From a virus (lineage: Duplodnaviria > Caudoviricetes), in IMG/VR virus record IMGVR_UViG_3300033121_001723, positions 11,954 through 75,953 of that record: DNA of 64,000 bases; one strand, written 5' to 3'. The notes beneath the pieces are model-generated. The model ran no database searches, had not been told where the DNA came from, and worked only from the letters and a program-made list of their open reading frames with translations. Each line of letters starts with the position of its first letter. Position 1 is the stretch's first letter. The position numbers and the translations under genes are program-made. Below, in pieces: positions 37,383 through 47,250 of the stretch.

Positions 37383-38095
37383 TTGTGTCCCTTGTGGTTA
37401 CGGTAGGCATACAGTTGTTCCATAGTGGCCTCCCTCAGTTTCTGTGGGATTTTGCTACCCCACAACCTGTCGTACAAATCCCTTTTCAGCAGGTATTCCG
37501 TCACGGCCGCTGGAAGCAGCTTATCGGCCAGATCGCTTATCCCGGTCTGCACGGCCAGGCAGTACCGGAACAGGATCGTCAGCACCGATCTTCGGTCGGC
37601 TACCAGCTCCCGGTAAATCTGGGTCTGGCTCTGGTAAGCCGGATTCCGTGTCAACGTAGAAAACTGCGTGTTGGCGTAGTCCGACTGCATCCGCAGCGAC
37701 GCTGCCAGCACTTCTTCAGAGCTCGGCGAGTTGTAATACTTGGCGAGGTTCGCCTGAGATAACGCGCCGCGAGGCTCCGGAGGTCGGACACCCGGCCATG
37801 ACTCCAGAAACAAATCGATCAGCCTGAGCGGGTCTATTCCGCTAGCCGACAAGGCCGCAAACTCCGGCCAGATCGGATTGTGTCGACGCCCATGGGATGT
37901 CGTTCCCCCATCCCAACTTTTCCGGAAAGCCGCCACCTCGGCTAACGCATCCGAATCTGTTCCATTACGGGCGTTGAGCATATTGGACACCGAATTGACC
38001 CAATACTCCCGGATTTGCAGCTCCCACGGAGTCGGCTCCGGTATTACTTGGGCCTTGTTTGCCAACGCCCGTCGGAGCTTCGGATTGTTACTCAT
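37379..38095 (-). CDS. Hypothetical protein in the replication operon
   Basis: AAGGGG upstream of ATG 38095; ATGA-coupled to the helicase. Confidence 0.65.
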   Translation of the reverse strand: MSNNPKLRRALANKAQVIPEPTPWELQIREYWVNSVSNMLNARNGTDSDALAEVAAFRKSWDGGTTSHGRRHNPIWPEFAALSASGIDPLRLIDLFLESWPGVRPPEPRGALSQANLAKYYNSPSSEEVLAASLRMQSDYANTQFSTLTRNPAYQSQTQIYRELVADRRSVLTILFRYCLAVQTGISDLADKLLPAAVTEYLLKRDLYDRLWGSKIPQKLREATMEQLYAYRNHKGHK

Positions 38096-38108
38096 TCCTG
38101 GGACCCCT

Positions 38109-39605
38109 TTACAGTCGTACTGGCTGCCGCACCTGCGTCCAGCCCTTTTTCTTATACCTACGAAATCGGGCTGCGGACTTCGCAGCAAACCTCTTATCGA
38201 AGTAATCCCAACAGTCGTACACGATCCCGATCGCCTTCCCAGACGCCTCGTGAGTTCGCACCACCCGGCCTGGGGCTTGATCGTCCGCTGTCTCACTATC
38301 TCCAGCGGCACCACGGATCAGAACCGCTAGCTGCTCGAAGGAGACCCCCGTACTCCACACGTCGGTCGCGATCACGTGCCGCAGTGTCCCCTCTTCAAAC
38401 TCTTGCCGCATCCGCTCGCGGTCGGCCGGCTTTAACGCTTTGTACCCTTCAGGGAGCGTCCCTTCGGCTACAAACTCGTCAAATCGGGCGTCTTCTGAAT
38501 TACCGTAGCACAATGAGTAACCAGGAAGCAGCTGATGCAGCCGTACGGCATGCTCGATGGTGTCCACCAAGATCAATACCTGTTCATCGCCGTGTGCCAA
38601 GGCAGCATTGGCGATGATGGTGTTGCGGACGGTGTTGTTCCACAAACCGTGCTTCTTGACGTAGGTGTCATTGCTGTAACCGGCCGCCGGATTGATGTCC
38701 AGCTGCACATTGAGCCACCGGACCTCGACCGGCACCACCAGCCCGTTGGCTGTCCCCTCTTGCCAGCTCAGGTAGAAAATTTGAGGCCCGAACATGTACT
38801 CCAGCCGAATACTGGTCCCGTCCTTACGCCCGTACGGCGTCGCGGTGAATGCGAAATTGCGAGAGTACACGAACGTCCTGAGAATCATCTCAGCGTCGGT
38901 GTCCGTGCATAACTCATGCGCCTCGTCGGCAAACATGAAATCGACGTCCGGATCGGCGTGCCGCAGCGATTTTGACACGTACACGGTAACCCGGCCGTAC
39001 TTTCGCTTGCCGTCCCCGACGAACCCCACTTGCGGAATAACACGGGTCAGACGCCTGAAAATGGTTTGAGCCACATCCCTGCGTCTGGTAACGACAGCAA
39101 ACTTGGCTGTCGGAAACAGGACGGCCAACCGACACAGCATCTCCGTCTTACCAAAAGCCGGAATGGCGTTGATCACACCGCCGAGAGCTTGGGCCACTAT
39201 GCCAACACACTCCCTTTGTCTGTACCGCCAGACGGTAAATCTGGCGTCGAGCCGCTCCCAATCGGGTACGTAGGCTTTAGGTCTAGTCTTGGCCGGAGAC
39301 AGGTCTTGATGGGTCAGGCTGTAACCACAACCCGCCGCGATTTGTGCCAATCTCGGCAGCATCCCCAACGATGTCTGTAACTCGCCTGTCGGCAACTTGT
39401 CGTATAGCCGTCGCGGTGTTATCTCCACATGCCGTCGTGTCCCGTCGGCCTGCAGCTGCTCCACGCCCCGCAGATGTTCAACATGATTGTACACCAGTGG
39501 TTTTGTCAGCATATCCCACAGATACTGCGGAATAGGCGACCCGTCGGCCATGCCGATAGCGATGAATATGCCGTGCCTGCGCACCAGCAGTTGCGGACCG
39601 CTCAT
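38109..39605 (-). CDS. Superfamily 2 helicase (UvsW-like)
   Basis: YRQ, AIPAFGKT, ADEAH, FTATP, ATDVWSTGV, QAPGRVVR. Confidence 0.9.
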   Translation of the reverse strand: MSGPQLLVRRHGIFIAIGMADGSPIPQYLWDMLTKPLVYNHVEHLRGVEQLQADGTRRHVEITPRRLYDKLPTGELQTSLGMLPRLAQIAAGCGYSLTHQDLSPAKTRPKAYVPDWERLDARFTVWRYRQRECVGIVAQALGGVINAIPAFGKTEMLCRLAVLFPTAKFAVVTRRRDVAQTIFRRLTRVIPQVGFVGDGKRKYGRVTVYVSKSLRHADPDVDFMFADEAHELCTDTDAEMILRTFVYSRNFAFTATPYGRKDGTSIRLEYMFGPQIFYLSWQEGTANGLVVPVEVRWLNVQLDINPAAGYSNDTYVKKHGLWNNTVRNTIIANAALAHGDEQVLILVDTIEHAVRLHQLLPGYSLCYGNSEDARFDEFVAEGTLPEGYKALKPADRERMRQEFEEGTLRHVIATDVWSTGVSFEQLAVLIRGAAGDSETADDQAPGRVVRTHEASGKAIGIVYDCWDYFDKRFAAKSAARFRRYKKKGWTQVRQPVRL

Positions 39606-39720
39606 GGCGACACCGCAACATTTAGCGTTTTTGCGTAGCTTGCGGATTGAAATCCGGACGGTACGCGAGTAGATTTACGAAACCGAGGCATCTCCACACT
39701 CCTTGCCTTGGATTGATATC

Positions 39721-39753
39721 GAACCCGGGGTGCCGGCGAAGCACCCCGGGTTC
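39721..39753. other. 13-bp perfect stem-loop (terminator-like or RNA-stabilising)
   Basis: GAACCCGGGGTGC-CGGCGAA-GCACCCCGGGTTC; the T-tract follows only on +. Confidence 0.7.
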
Positions 39754-39771
39754 TTTCATGGACCGACCAAC

Positions 39772-40020
39772 TTAACCAGTATGCGCTGGTTTTTCCAGTG
39801 TCGTCTTTCTGGCAAAACCTTGGGCGGCTGGCTTAGCCCCCTCCAAGGCCCGTTCTACCGCCAGGCACGGCTGACAAGCCCGTCCGGAACGTCCCGGTCC
39901 GATCTTGCAACCACAAGCCCTGCAATAACGTTGCGCGAATTGACTGGTTGGCACCGGTACTGGAAGGTTGTATGTATCCGCCAGCTTAGCCAGCTGTACC
40001 AACGCGGCGTTGACCAACAT
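39772..40020 (-). CDS. Small zinc-finger protein
   Basis: GGAG RBS; CRAC...CQPC. Confidence 0.6.
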   Translation of the reverse strand: MLVNAALVQLAKLADTYNLPVPVPTSQFAQRYCRACGCKIGPGRSGRACQPCLAVERALEGAKPAAQGFARKTTLEKPAHTG

Positions 40021-40033
40021 AATGACTCCTGAA

Positions 40034-40960
40034 CTACTGCGATTTGGTGAAGTCCCGAAAAGCTTGTTGCTCCTCCGGACGTACAAAAAACTGGTCTGGA
40101 CTGAACAATGGTCCATGGGCGCCTCCCTGCGTCAGCAGGTCGATCCACACGTCTCTCAGGTAACTTACCAAGATCTGTGACGAACGCACGGCCGCTACCG
40201 CCCGGCTTCTGGCGACATGACATCCGAATACACGAAACAGGAAATTCCGCGGGTCCCGCATATCGACCAGCCTCGCCTCCTCTGGAGTCTGCGGCATCCA
40301 GCACCAATAGACAGTCCAACAGCTGAAATGCCGCCCGGTCAATTGCCCGTCCAGGCACTCTGAAAACGTCTGCGGCCTCAAACCCAAGTACGCATACAGT
40401 GCCGCATGCCTGTCAGGCTTATCCCTGTTGATATACCAACGCGGATCGAGCACATTTCCTACAAACCGGCCAAACCATTCGGCAGAGATAGTCGGTACGA
40501 ACTGGGCCATTGACCACAGAGGGTGGGAATGCACCAAATCCAGCGGCACCGGTTTCTTCGCGTCCCGGGCGTAATCCGCCAGCTGATAGGAGACCACATC
40601 CGACGCTACAGACTTCCGCCACCCACCGAGGCTGGCGGGATAAGCCGGGGCACTGGCTAAAGCATGCAGGGTATCTTGGGTTCCAAACCCACCCGGGGCC
40701 AGTCTGGGAGACCCCAACTGTACTTGGATGTCCGGGTTGTATTTCGCATGCTGCAGTAAAGCCGACACAAGCGAAGCATTCTCATACCCGCCCGTAACCC
40801 GGATCACTCCGGTCAATTTAGCGGAGTCTATGTACTCCCAAACCTCCAGCCGTGTCCGAGAAGGAACACGGCCGCCAGAACGGCAAGTCCAAACTTGGCC
40901 TTCGTCATCCAGGTGCAAAAACAGAGGGTATTCATCGTCTTGGATTAAAGGTCTCGACAT
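40034..40960 (-). CDS. IS110/Nop-domain-related (Tas-like) protein
   Basis: HPLWSMAQFVPTIS...FVGNVLDPRWY...LYAYLGL resembles the IS110 C-terminal/Nop signature; C-terminal AAVRSSQILVSYLRDVW helix. Confidence 0.55.
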   Translation of the reverse strand: MSRPLIQDDEYPLFLHLDDEGQVWTCRSGGRVPSRTRLEVWEYIDSAKLTGVIRVTGGYENASLVSALLQHAKYNPDIQVQLGSPRLAPGGFGTQDTLHALASAPAYPASLGGWRKSVASDVVSYQLADYARDAKKPVPLDLVHSHPLWSMAQFVPTISAEWFGRFVGNVLDPRWYINRDKPDRHAALYAYLGLRPQTFSECLDGQLTGRHFSCWTVYWCWMPQTPEEARLVDMRDPRNFLFRVFGCHVARSRAVAAVRSSQILVSYLRDVWIDLLTQGGAHGPLFSPDQFFVRPEEQQAFRDFTKSQ

Positions 40961-43094
40961 GATCGACTAGGTGTCCCACGGCCTCGTGTGTGATCAGTAT
41001 GCACTGCAGGCTGCGGCTCTGGGACAACTGATGCAACTTACCCAACGCCAAGTCCAGACATCCGATGTTATCGGAGTCCAGATAAGCTGTTGGCTCGTCG
41101 AGGCATAGCATCCCCAGGTCCTTCGCGAAGCGTGCGTTGATTGCGATACGAAACGCCAAGGCCGTGATCACCCTCTGACCGCCGGACAACCGCACCAACG
41201 GTTGGTTCCGACCATCGAAAAAGTTCGCGCGGTAGCTCAGTCCGTCCTCCGATTGTAACCGAAATTCCGCATTAAACATGCTCAGAATATCGTTAGTGTC
41301 ATAAGCCAATGCGTCCAAGTACCTCTTGGCCGCCAAGCTTGGTAAATTGTCTCGATGCAGCACCGTCCTGATGCTATTCAACTTTTCCCGAATCTTTCGG
41401 GTCTTCTGGGCGCTGACCACAATGGCCATCGCACCGGCGAGTCGCAGGTTCACTGCTGCGATATCTGCTGTCAGCCGAACGACAGCCGCTTCTGCGACTG
41501 CCAACTCGGTTTTTGCTTTGCGCTTGGCCTCCAGAGACTGGAGTGCCGTAGCGTAGGCGGCCTCAGACGGGTTGGCTTGGATCTGCCGCAACAACTCCTC
41601 TTCCGCAGCCACCAGCTGGGCTTGTGTCGTATGTGCCGCAGCCAACTCCGGCTGCAGCACGTTGGACAAAGCTTGAACGTTATCTCGACCGGACCGCCAT
41701 GTCTGAATTGACGCAAGCAATGCGCTGGCAGCCTGCCAATCCGCCTCCGGTACGTCGAACACCGGTGGTGTCGCCATGTCGAAGTCGGCGAGGGCTTTCT
41801 TAGCGGCGTTGAGCGATGCGCGAGCTCTCAGCTCAGAGTCCGCGTAAGAAGTCGCCTTCAACTGATGAGCCTCCACGGCCGCAGCATACTTGCGATACGA
41901 GGCCAGTTGGGCCTCTAACCGCGGCTTATCGACCTTGGCTTGTCGCACCGAAGCCGCCAGCCCGTCGTCCGATTTACGTTTGCACGTCGGACATACCGTG
42001 GCCCCGTCCTCGAACGTCTTCAGCAGCCCGTCCGCTTCTGCTAACTTGATCGCGGTCTTTTCGATCTCGGCCCGCACATCCGTCACTTCCGCAGGTCCGG
42101 TCCAAGTTACCTCAAGCACAGGCGGCTTGCCCAGCCTTTCCAACTCGGCCTCCGCCCTGGTCAAGGCCTCTGCGAGCGGCGTCCTGCGGGCTGCGTAAGA
42201 TTGAGCTGACACCCGCTGACTCAGCCGCCCTTTGGACTCCTCCTCCCGCGACTCAGCGGCGGTAATCGCCTTGGACAACAGCTCGTACTGACTACGATAC
42301 CCCTCCAGTTTATTGGATAGCTCGACAATCCTGGCCGCACCCTGCAATTTACGGCTTTCGGCTTCCGGTCGTTTCGCCGCGGCTTCATTAGCCTTCCTGC
42401 GGCAGTCCAGCACCGCGGAATCTTCGTCCGGCTCCGACCAGTTCCGTAGATGTTCCAGCCGAGAAACTTTACCGGCCTCGACCGTCAAGGCCTCAACCAA
42501 GGCGGCCTTCTCGGCCTCGATCGAAGCTACGTCCGGTGGCGTGATCTCCGGAGTGGTTGCCAGCTTGGTGCCGATCACCGCCCAGCACTCCTCCGCCCGG
42601 CTCAGCCCGAACAGCTTCTGGAACGCCACAGCCCTGTCTGCCGGACGTGTCTTGGCCGAGAACGGAGCAAACAGCTCTTCCTGCCCGACAAACACGTAGT
42701 CCGACAGCACCTGCTGTGTCGTACCAAGTAGCGCCAAAACCCGCTCCGTGGTTTTGGTATCCCCCTTCACCGACTCGATCTCAACACCGGCGGCGTTGAA
42801 AAGCGTAATGCTTGTCTGACCTCCTTTGAGGTACCGCTTCACAACCGCCCTGAAATCCCCATGCAGGAACTCCACCTCGACCAGTGATTGTGTCGGGTTG
42901 TCTGCCAGCTGTGAAACGTTCTCGGCCTTGGTTCCATCTTCCAGCGACCCCACCAAGGCAAATGGGATGGCTTTCACCGCATTGGACTTCCCGGAGCCGT
43001 TAGGCCCCAGAAACGCCGTCACCCCCGGCGGCAACTTCATTACCCGGTCTTGGTGCTGGCACCAGTTCACCAATCGCACACTTGTCACTCGCAT
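40932..43094 (-). CDS. sbcC: SbcC/Rad50-like SMC ATPase
   Basis: GPNGSGKS, coiled coil with CPTC hook, LSGGQ, LDEPT, ITHE. Confidence 0.92.
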   Translation of the reverse strand: MRVTSVRLVNWCQHQDRVMKLPPGVTAFLGPNGSGKSNAVKAIPFALVGSLEDGTKAENVSQLADNPTQSLVEVEFLHGDFRAVVKRYLKGGQTSITLFNAAGVEIESVKGDTKTTERVLALLGTTQQVLSDYVFVGQEELFAPFSAKTRPADRAVAFQKLFGLSRAEECWAVIGTKLATTPEITPPDVASIEAEKAALVEALTVEAGKVSRLEHLRNWSEPDEDSAVLDCRRKANEAAAKRPEAESRKLQGAARIVELSNKLEGYRSQYELLSKAITAAESREEESKGRLSQRVSAQSYAARRTPLAEALTRAEAELERLGKPPVLEVTWTGPAEVTDVRAEIEKTAIKLAEADGLLKTFEDGATVCPTCKRKSDDGLAASVRQAKVDKPRLEAQLASYRKYAAAVEAHQLKATSYADSELRARASLNAAKKALADFDMATPPVFDVPEADWQAASALLASIQTWRSGRDNVQALSNVLQPELAAAHTTQAQLVAAEEELLRQIQANPSEAAYATALQSLEAKRKAKTELAVAEAAVVRLTADIAAVNLRLAGAMAIVVSAQKTRKIREKLNSIRTVLHRDNLPSLAAKRYLDALAYDTNDILSMFNAEFRLQSEDGLSYRANFFDGRNQPLVRLSGGQRVITALAFRIAINARFAKDLGMLCLDEPTAYLDSDNIGCLDLALGKLHQLSQSRSLQCILITHEAVGHLVDHVETFNPRR

Positions 43095-44205
43095 CGATCT
43101 CGGCTCCCCACCGTTGAACAATCTCATCTAACACCGTTGCCGGAGGCCTGGGAGACTCCAGCAGCTGTAACGTATCCGGCTTGATCGCCGAGTCGGATTC
43201 CACCAGGGCGTCCAGACAAGCCGACAACGTCGCATCTACGACCTTGGAGCTGTCGATCACCGTGTTGAACCGGATCAAATCTTCCTTAGACTCCTCCAGC
43301 AGTTTCAGCCACCAGTGGGCCTTTCCATCCAGTGCAGATGTAATCTTCCGGTACCCGTCTGCGAACTCGGCTGGGTACGAAACTTCACACAATGGCTTAC
43401 TGAGCTCTGGCGGCAGCTGTCCAATCGTCGCCAGATTCTCCACCAAGCTGACCAACTTATCCAGCTGGTCGGAAGAATCGATGCGGACCTTCAAGCACTG
43501 ACGGGTCTTGAGCCGCACTGACCTGTAAGACAATTGCCGCCGCCCCGAGGAATCCACACCACCGTCGAAGCAGTACCAGAACATCTTCTCTGGAGGCTCA
43601 GCCAGATTCCGCATGCTCATCGACCCTGCTGAAAACATCGTCACAGGGCCTCGTGACGTATCGTGGGTTGTCACTTGGTGTTGATGGTAGTCTCCGGTCA
43701 GGATGTACCTGGCGTAGGGGACGTCCCGTACCGAACACTCAGGGTTCGTCAGCGACCCCATGTGCTCTGACCAGACTTGGTGACACACCAAGATGTCTGT
43801 GTCATCAGGTATTTTTGCAAACTCGGACTGTACTTCAGCACCTGCCGTCCAGTCCAAGCCGTAAAACCGCATGCCTGCAATACCGAATGCCGCTTGATGA
43901 ACATGCGTCGGATGCGGATGCACGCTCATCCACGGAGGGTACCGGCGTTCGTGCTGCCCTTGCGTGAAAAACACAGGCAGTCCTGCCGCCTGCATTCTGT
44001 CCATCTGACGACACATACCCGCCACAGCCCCGGAATCAGGGCTCTCGCTGTCGAACAAGTCTCCGGCGGCGATCAACGGACAGCCGTTATCGATGCAGAA
44101 ATCGACCAGTTGCTGCAAACTGAACAATGAATCGCCTGTCAGCGTGACCCGGTGTTTCCAAGTCAGTGTCGACAGGTGCCAGTCAGACGAATGAACAAAC
44201 GTCAT
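43000..44205 (-). CDS. sbcD: SbcD/Mre11-like nuclease
   Basis: SDWH, AGDLFD, GQHE, CHQ, GDYH metallophosphoesterase motifs; adjacent to sbcC. Confidence 0.9.
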   Translation of the reverse strand: MTFVHSSDWHLSTLTWKHRVTLTGDSLFSLQQLVDFCIDNGCPLIAAGDLFDSESPDSGAVAGMCRQMDRMQAAGLPVFFTQGQHERRYPPWMSVHPHPTHVHQAAFGIAGMRFYGLDWTAGAEVQSEFAKIPDDTDILVCHQVWSEHMGSLTNPECSVRDVPYARYILTGDYHQHQVTTHDTSRGPVTMFSAGSMSMRNLAEPPEKMFWYCFDGGVDSSGRRQLSYRSVRLKTRQCLKVRIDSSDQLDKLVSLVENLATIGQLPPELSKPLCEVSYPAEFADGYRKITSALDGKAHWWLKLLEESKEDLIRFNTVIDSSKVVDATLSACLDALVESDSAIKPDTLQLLESPRPPATVLDEIVQRWGAEIDASDKCAIGELVPAPRPGNEVAAGGDGVSGA

Positions 44206-44828
44206 GTTGCCTCTTTTGGGTTCCAGTTGATGTTGTCTTGGCAGAACTTAACCGCAAACTCCTGGGCCTCCGTGGAGTTGTCTCGCACCGTGTTGGTAAC
44301 TGCCCCGGCGACCCGGGCCGTAACCGAGTAACCGGGTTCTCCGCCCGTCATCTTGCGGATATAGCCTATCCGCTCTCCGGACAACAGGATCTCGAATTCT
44401 TTGTTCTTTGCTGCCCCCAGCTTTTTGAAAGAGACTTCACAGTCCCGCTTCTCCAACGTATGGTAGCACTCCAGCTTTCCGGGAGGGATTACGGGATCGT
44501 CCGGCACATTACGCAGCTCGTCCTGAAACTTTCCGAGCTCTTCATCCCGGGACCGTTTGAAGCAGGAATTGGCGTAGCGAACCATCCCGACGCACATCTG
44601 CCCACTGTCTGAGATAGCGGCGGGTGTCTTACCATCTGCCTGCAGGGCTGCGATATCCATATGGCAGATCAACTCCCCTATGTCACCAACCCGACCCACC
44701 CCTTCGACAAGCGGTCCGTGCGCGGTGTCCAGCAGATTATTGACCGTTAACGGGCCAAGGTAGCCTCGCACCGCGCCTAATCGGAACGGGCACTCCGCGC
44801 ACATCTTTTTTCTCTTGAACGTCGGCAT
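44202..44828 (-). CDS. Hypothetical Cys-containing protein
   Basis: CAECPF...ICH...CVG. Confidence 0.65.
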   Translation of the reverse strand: MPTFKRKKMCAECPFRLGAVRGYLGPLTVNNLLDTAHGPLVEGVGRVGDIGELICHMDIAALQADGKTPAAISDSGQMCVGMVRYANSCFKRSRDEELGKFQDELRNVPDDPVIPPGKLECYHTLEKRDCEVSFKKLGAAKNKEFEILLSGERIGYIRKMTGGEPGYSVTARVAGAVTNTVRDNSTEAQEFAVKFCQDNINWNPKEAT

Positions 44829-44844
44829 ATGAACCTAGCTATTG

Positions 44845-44858
44845 AATTTCTGGAAATT
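44845..44858. promoter_or_regulatory. Palindromic site AATTTCTGGAAATT (copy 7)
   Basis: Centre of the 50-bp divergent intergenic gap between the replication operon and the GT cassette. Confidence 0.75.
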
Positions 44859-44878
44859 GACTGTGTACCATTACCGCG

Positions 44879-45571
44879 ATGGAAACACCTGCCGTTACCG
44901 CTGTTATGATTACCGGTAAAGACGAACGGAGAATACCGCTCGCTTTGGCCTCAGTGCGGTCATTCATGGGCCAAACCTACAAGAACAAGGAGCTCCTGAT
45001 CGTCACAGACGGGTTCTCCTTGTTGCCCCAGATCGCTAACGCGAAAAACATCCGAGAAGTCCGGGCCGAGCGGCAGACTCTCGGCGGGCTACGCAATGTC
45101 GCCTTGGATAATTGCGATAGCCCGTGGATCATCCAGTGGGATGACGACGATTGGTCTCACCCGGAGCGGATCGAAGCACAGATGTACTGGGCAGACGTAA
45201 TGACGGAAGCCCACGGGTCACCACGCCCTGTCACACTCGGTAAGCAAATCCGATACAGCTTTGAATTGAACAACGCTTACGTCTACTCTGACAACAGGTC
45301 TGGAATCCACGGGACAGTGCTGCACCCGCAGACCGACCTCCGCTACGAGACGATCGGAAAGCACGAAGACTCGCACTTTTTGGACAACTTCCCGGCAGTC
45401 TCAATCCTGACGTCACGGCCAGAACTCTACATCCGAATGCAACACTCGGCCAACACTTGGGACCTGCGGCACATCATGCGGCAGCACGCCAAAGGCCGGG
45501 ACCGCTGGGACTTGACACAACAGGACGCCGATTACCTCCGGCAGGTGCTAGCGGAGAATTACCCGACATGA
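44879..45571 (+). CDS. GT2-family glycosyltransferase
   Basis: SFMGQTYKNKELLIVTDG, LGGLRN, QWDDDDWSHPERIEAQ. Confidence 0.88.
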   Translation: METPAVTAVMITGKDERRIPLALASVRSFMGQTYKNKELLIVTDGFSLLPQIANAKNIREVRAERQTLGGLRNVALDNCDSPWIIQWDDDDWSHPERIEAQMYWADVMTEAHGSPRPVTLGKQIRYSFELNNAYVYSDNRSGIHGTVLHPQTDLRYETIGKHEDSHFLDNFPAVSILTSRPELYIRMQHSANTWDLRHIMRQHAKGRDRWDLTQQDADYLRQVLAENYPT

Positions 45572-46311
45572 ACCAAGATCTGGTCATCGGGATGAATGCC
45601 GCCCCGAGAAAAACAAGCTACCTGGCTGAAACTCTGCGTTCCATCCGCAGCCAGGTCGATGCCGACGTACACATCTTTTACGAGCCTGAAACCAAGCTCC
45701 CCAAGCCCCTGCCTGATTTCTGCCACTGCCATGGAAACCCTGAGAGGCTCGGCAACTTCTTCAACTGGATCAACATGGCCCGGTGGCTGCTGGATCACAC
45801 AACCTCCAAATGGATAATGACGGTCGAAGACGACGTCGTGTTTGCTAAAGACGCTATTCCGTTTGCACTTGAGATCTGTGCGGATTACGAACCAGACGAC
45901 TGTGGCTTCTTTTCACTTTACAAATCAGCCCGCTTCAACCACGCCTTTCGCGGCACTGACGGCCCGTTATTTCAGATACTGCCCAATGTGCAACCGTGGG
46001 GCTCTTGTGCTTGGCTGTTTCGCCGCGAATCCGTTGCCCCGATGCTCCGCCACCCCATAATCCGGGACTGGCGTGGCACAACTCCGGAGCGCGGCCTGCG
46101 TGACGACACGGTAGATGGTATCGATATCGTGGTGGCCGTGGCTTATCAAGCCATGAGCCGTAAGCTATTCTTGTTCTCTCCCAGCTTGGTTCAGCACATC
46201 GGTGCCGACTCAGCCGTAGGAAACAACCAAGGACTGACATTTGGCCGAACGGCCAACGACTTTAACCAGGATGCCCGACTATGGACGAAGCCCAAGCCCT
46301 CGCCGCAATGA
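45568..46311 (+). CDS. GT-A fold glycosyltransferase
   Basis: PRKTSYLAETLRSI, MTVEDDVVF, SLVQHIG; ATGA coupling. Confidence 0.8.
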   Translation: MNQDLVIGMNAAPRKTSYLAETLRSIRSQVDADVHIFYEPETKLPKPLPDFCHCHGNPERLGNFFNWINMARWLLDHTTSKWIMTVEDDVVFAKDAIPFALEICADYEPDDCGFFSLYKSARFNHAFRGTDGPLFQILPNVQPWGSCAWLFRRESVAPMLRHPIIRDWRGTTPERGLRDDTVDGIDIVVAVAYQAMSRKLFLFSPSLVQHIGADSAVGNNQGLTFGRTANDFNQDARLWTKPKPSPQ

Positions 46312-47243
46312 CACCGCCCGGGGCTCAGAAAAACACACCGTGGCTGAATGGAGTCATCCAGATCTGGATCACTCGGGCTTGCGACAAGTCCTGTTTCAAC
46401 TGTACCCAGGCCTCCAACTTCGGAGGCAATCCCGGAATGATTACTCCGGAAAACTTCGAGAAGGCGGTGATTAGCCTTAAAGACTACCACGGCGTCGTTG
46501 GCATGATCGGAGGCAACCCCTGTCTGCATCCGAAGTTTGAGCAGCTGTGTGATATCTTGGCACAGCACATCCCGTCTGTACGGCGTGGTTTATGGTCAAA
46601 TAACCCGCTTGACAAGGGGGCAATCTGCCGCCGGACGTTCAACCCGGCCTTTTCCAACCTGAACGTACACTTGGACGCCGACGCCTACGCCAGGTTCAAG
46701 AGAGATTGGCCTGAGTGCCAGCCGGTAGGGCTGACCACAGATTCTAAACATAGCCCGGTATGGGGGTCGATGCTCGACCTAACGGATCTGCCGGAAGAAG
46801 AGCGATGGCGCAGAATCTCCCAGTGCGACATCAACCACAACTGGTCGGGAATGTACGGGCAGTTCCGCGGCGAGCTCCGCTGGTGGTTCTGCGAGATCGC
46901 AGCCGCACAGGCGATGCTTCGCCAGCATCAGCCCGACTATCCGGACACCGGCCTCAAGCTGGACGGAGACTACGGAGGACGACAACCTTGGCAGCTCTCC
47001 ATGTCCGAATATGCAGACCAAGTCCGATGGCACTGCCAGCGGTGCTTGGTTCCGATGAAGGGGCTCGGCGAATTCGCCCAAGCGGGAGTCTCGGGCATCG
47101 AACAGTACACCCAAGAGTACGCAGGAGTCGTAAAGCCCAAAACACAGGGCCGATTGGTACAGCTGGTCACGACAGCTGCCGAACTACGTAAGGACGGTGT
47201 CGGACACGTTACCGACTACATCAAGAACGCCCAGACAAAGTGA
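46308..47243 (+). CDS. Radical SAM protein
   Basis: CDKSCFNC (CxxxCxxC), GGNPCLHP, LWSN; C-terminal CEIA and CQRC; ATGA coupling. Confidence 0.88.
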   Translation: MTPPGAQKNTPWLNGVIQIWITRACDKSCFNCTQASNFGGNPGMITPENFEKAVISLKDYHGVVGMIGGNPCLHPKFEQLCDILAQHIPSVRRGLWSNNPLDKGAICRRTFNPAFSNLNVHLDADAYARFKRDWPECQPVGLTTDSKHSPVWGSMLDLTDLPEEERWRRISQCDINHNWSGMYGQFRGELRWWFCEIAAAQAMLRQHQPDYPDTGLKLDGDYGGRQPWQLSMSEYADQVRWHCQRCLVPMKGLGEFAQAGVSGIEQYTQEYAGVVKPKTQGRLVQLVTTAAELRKDGVGHVTDYIKNAQTK

Positions 47244-47250
47244 CATACCG

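Noticed and set aside
40034-40960. Active IS110 insertion sequence
   Set aside because: No recognisable DEDD or catalytic Ser motif, no flanking non-coding ends, and the gene overlaps sbcC.
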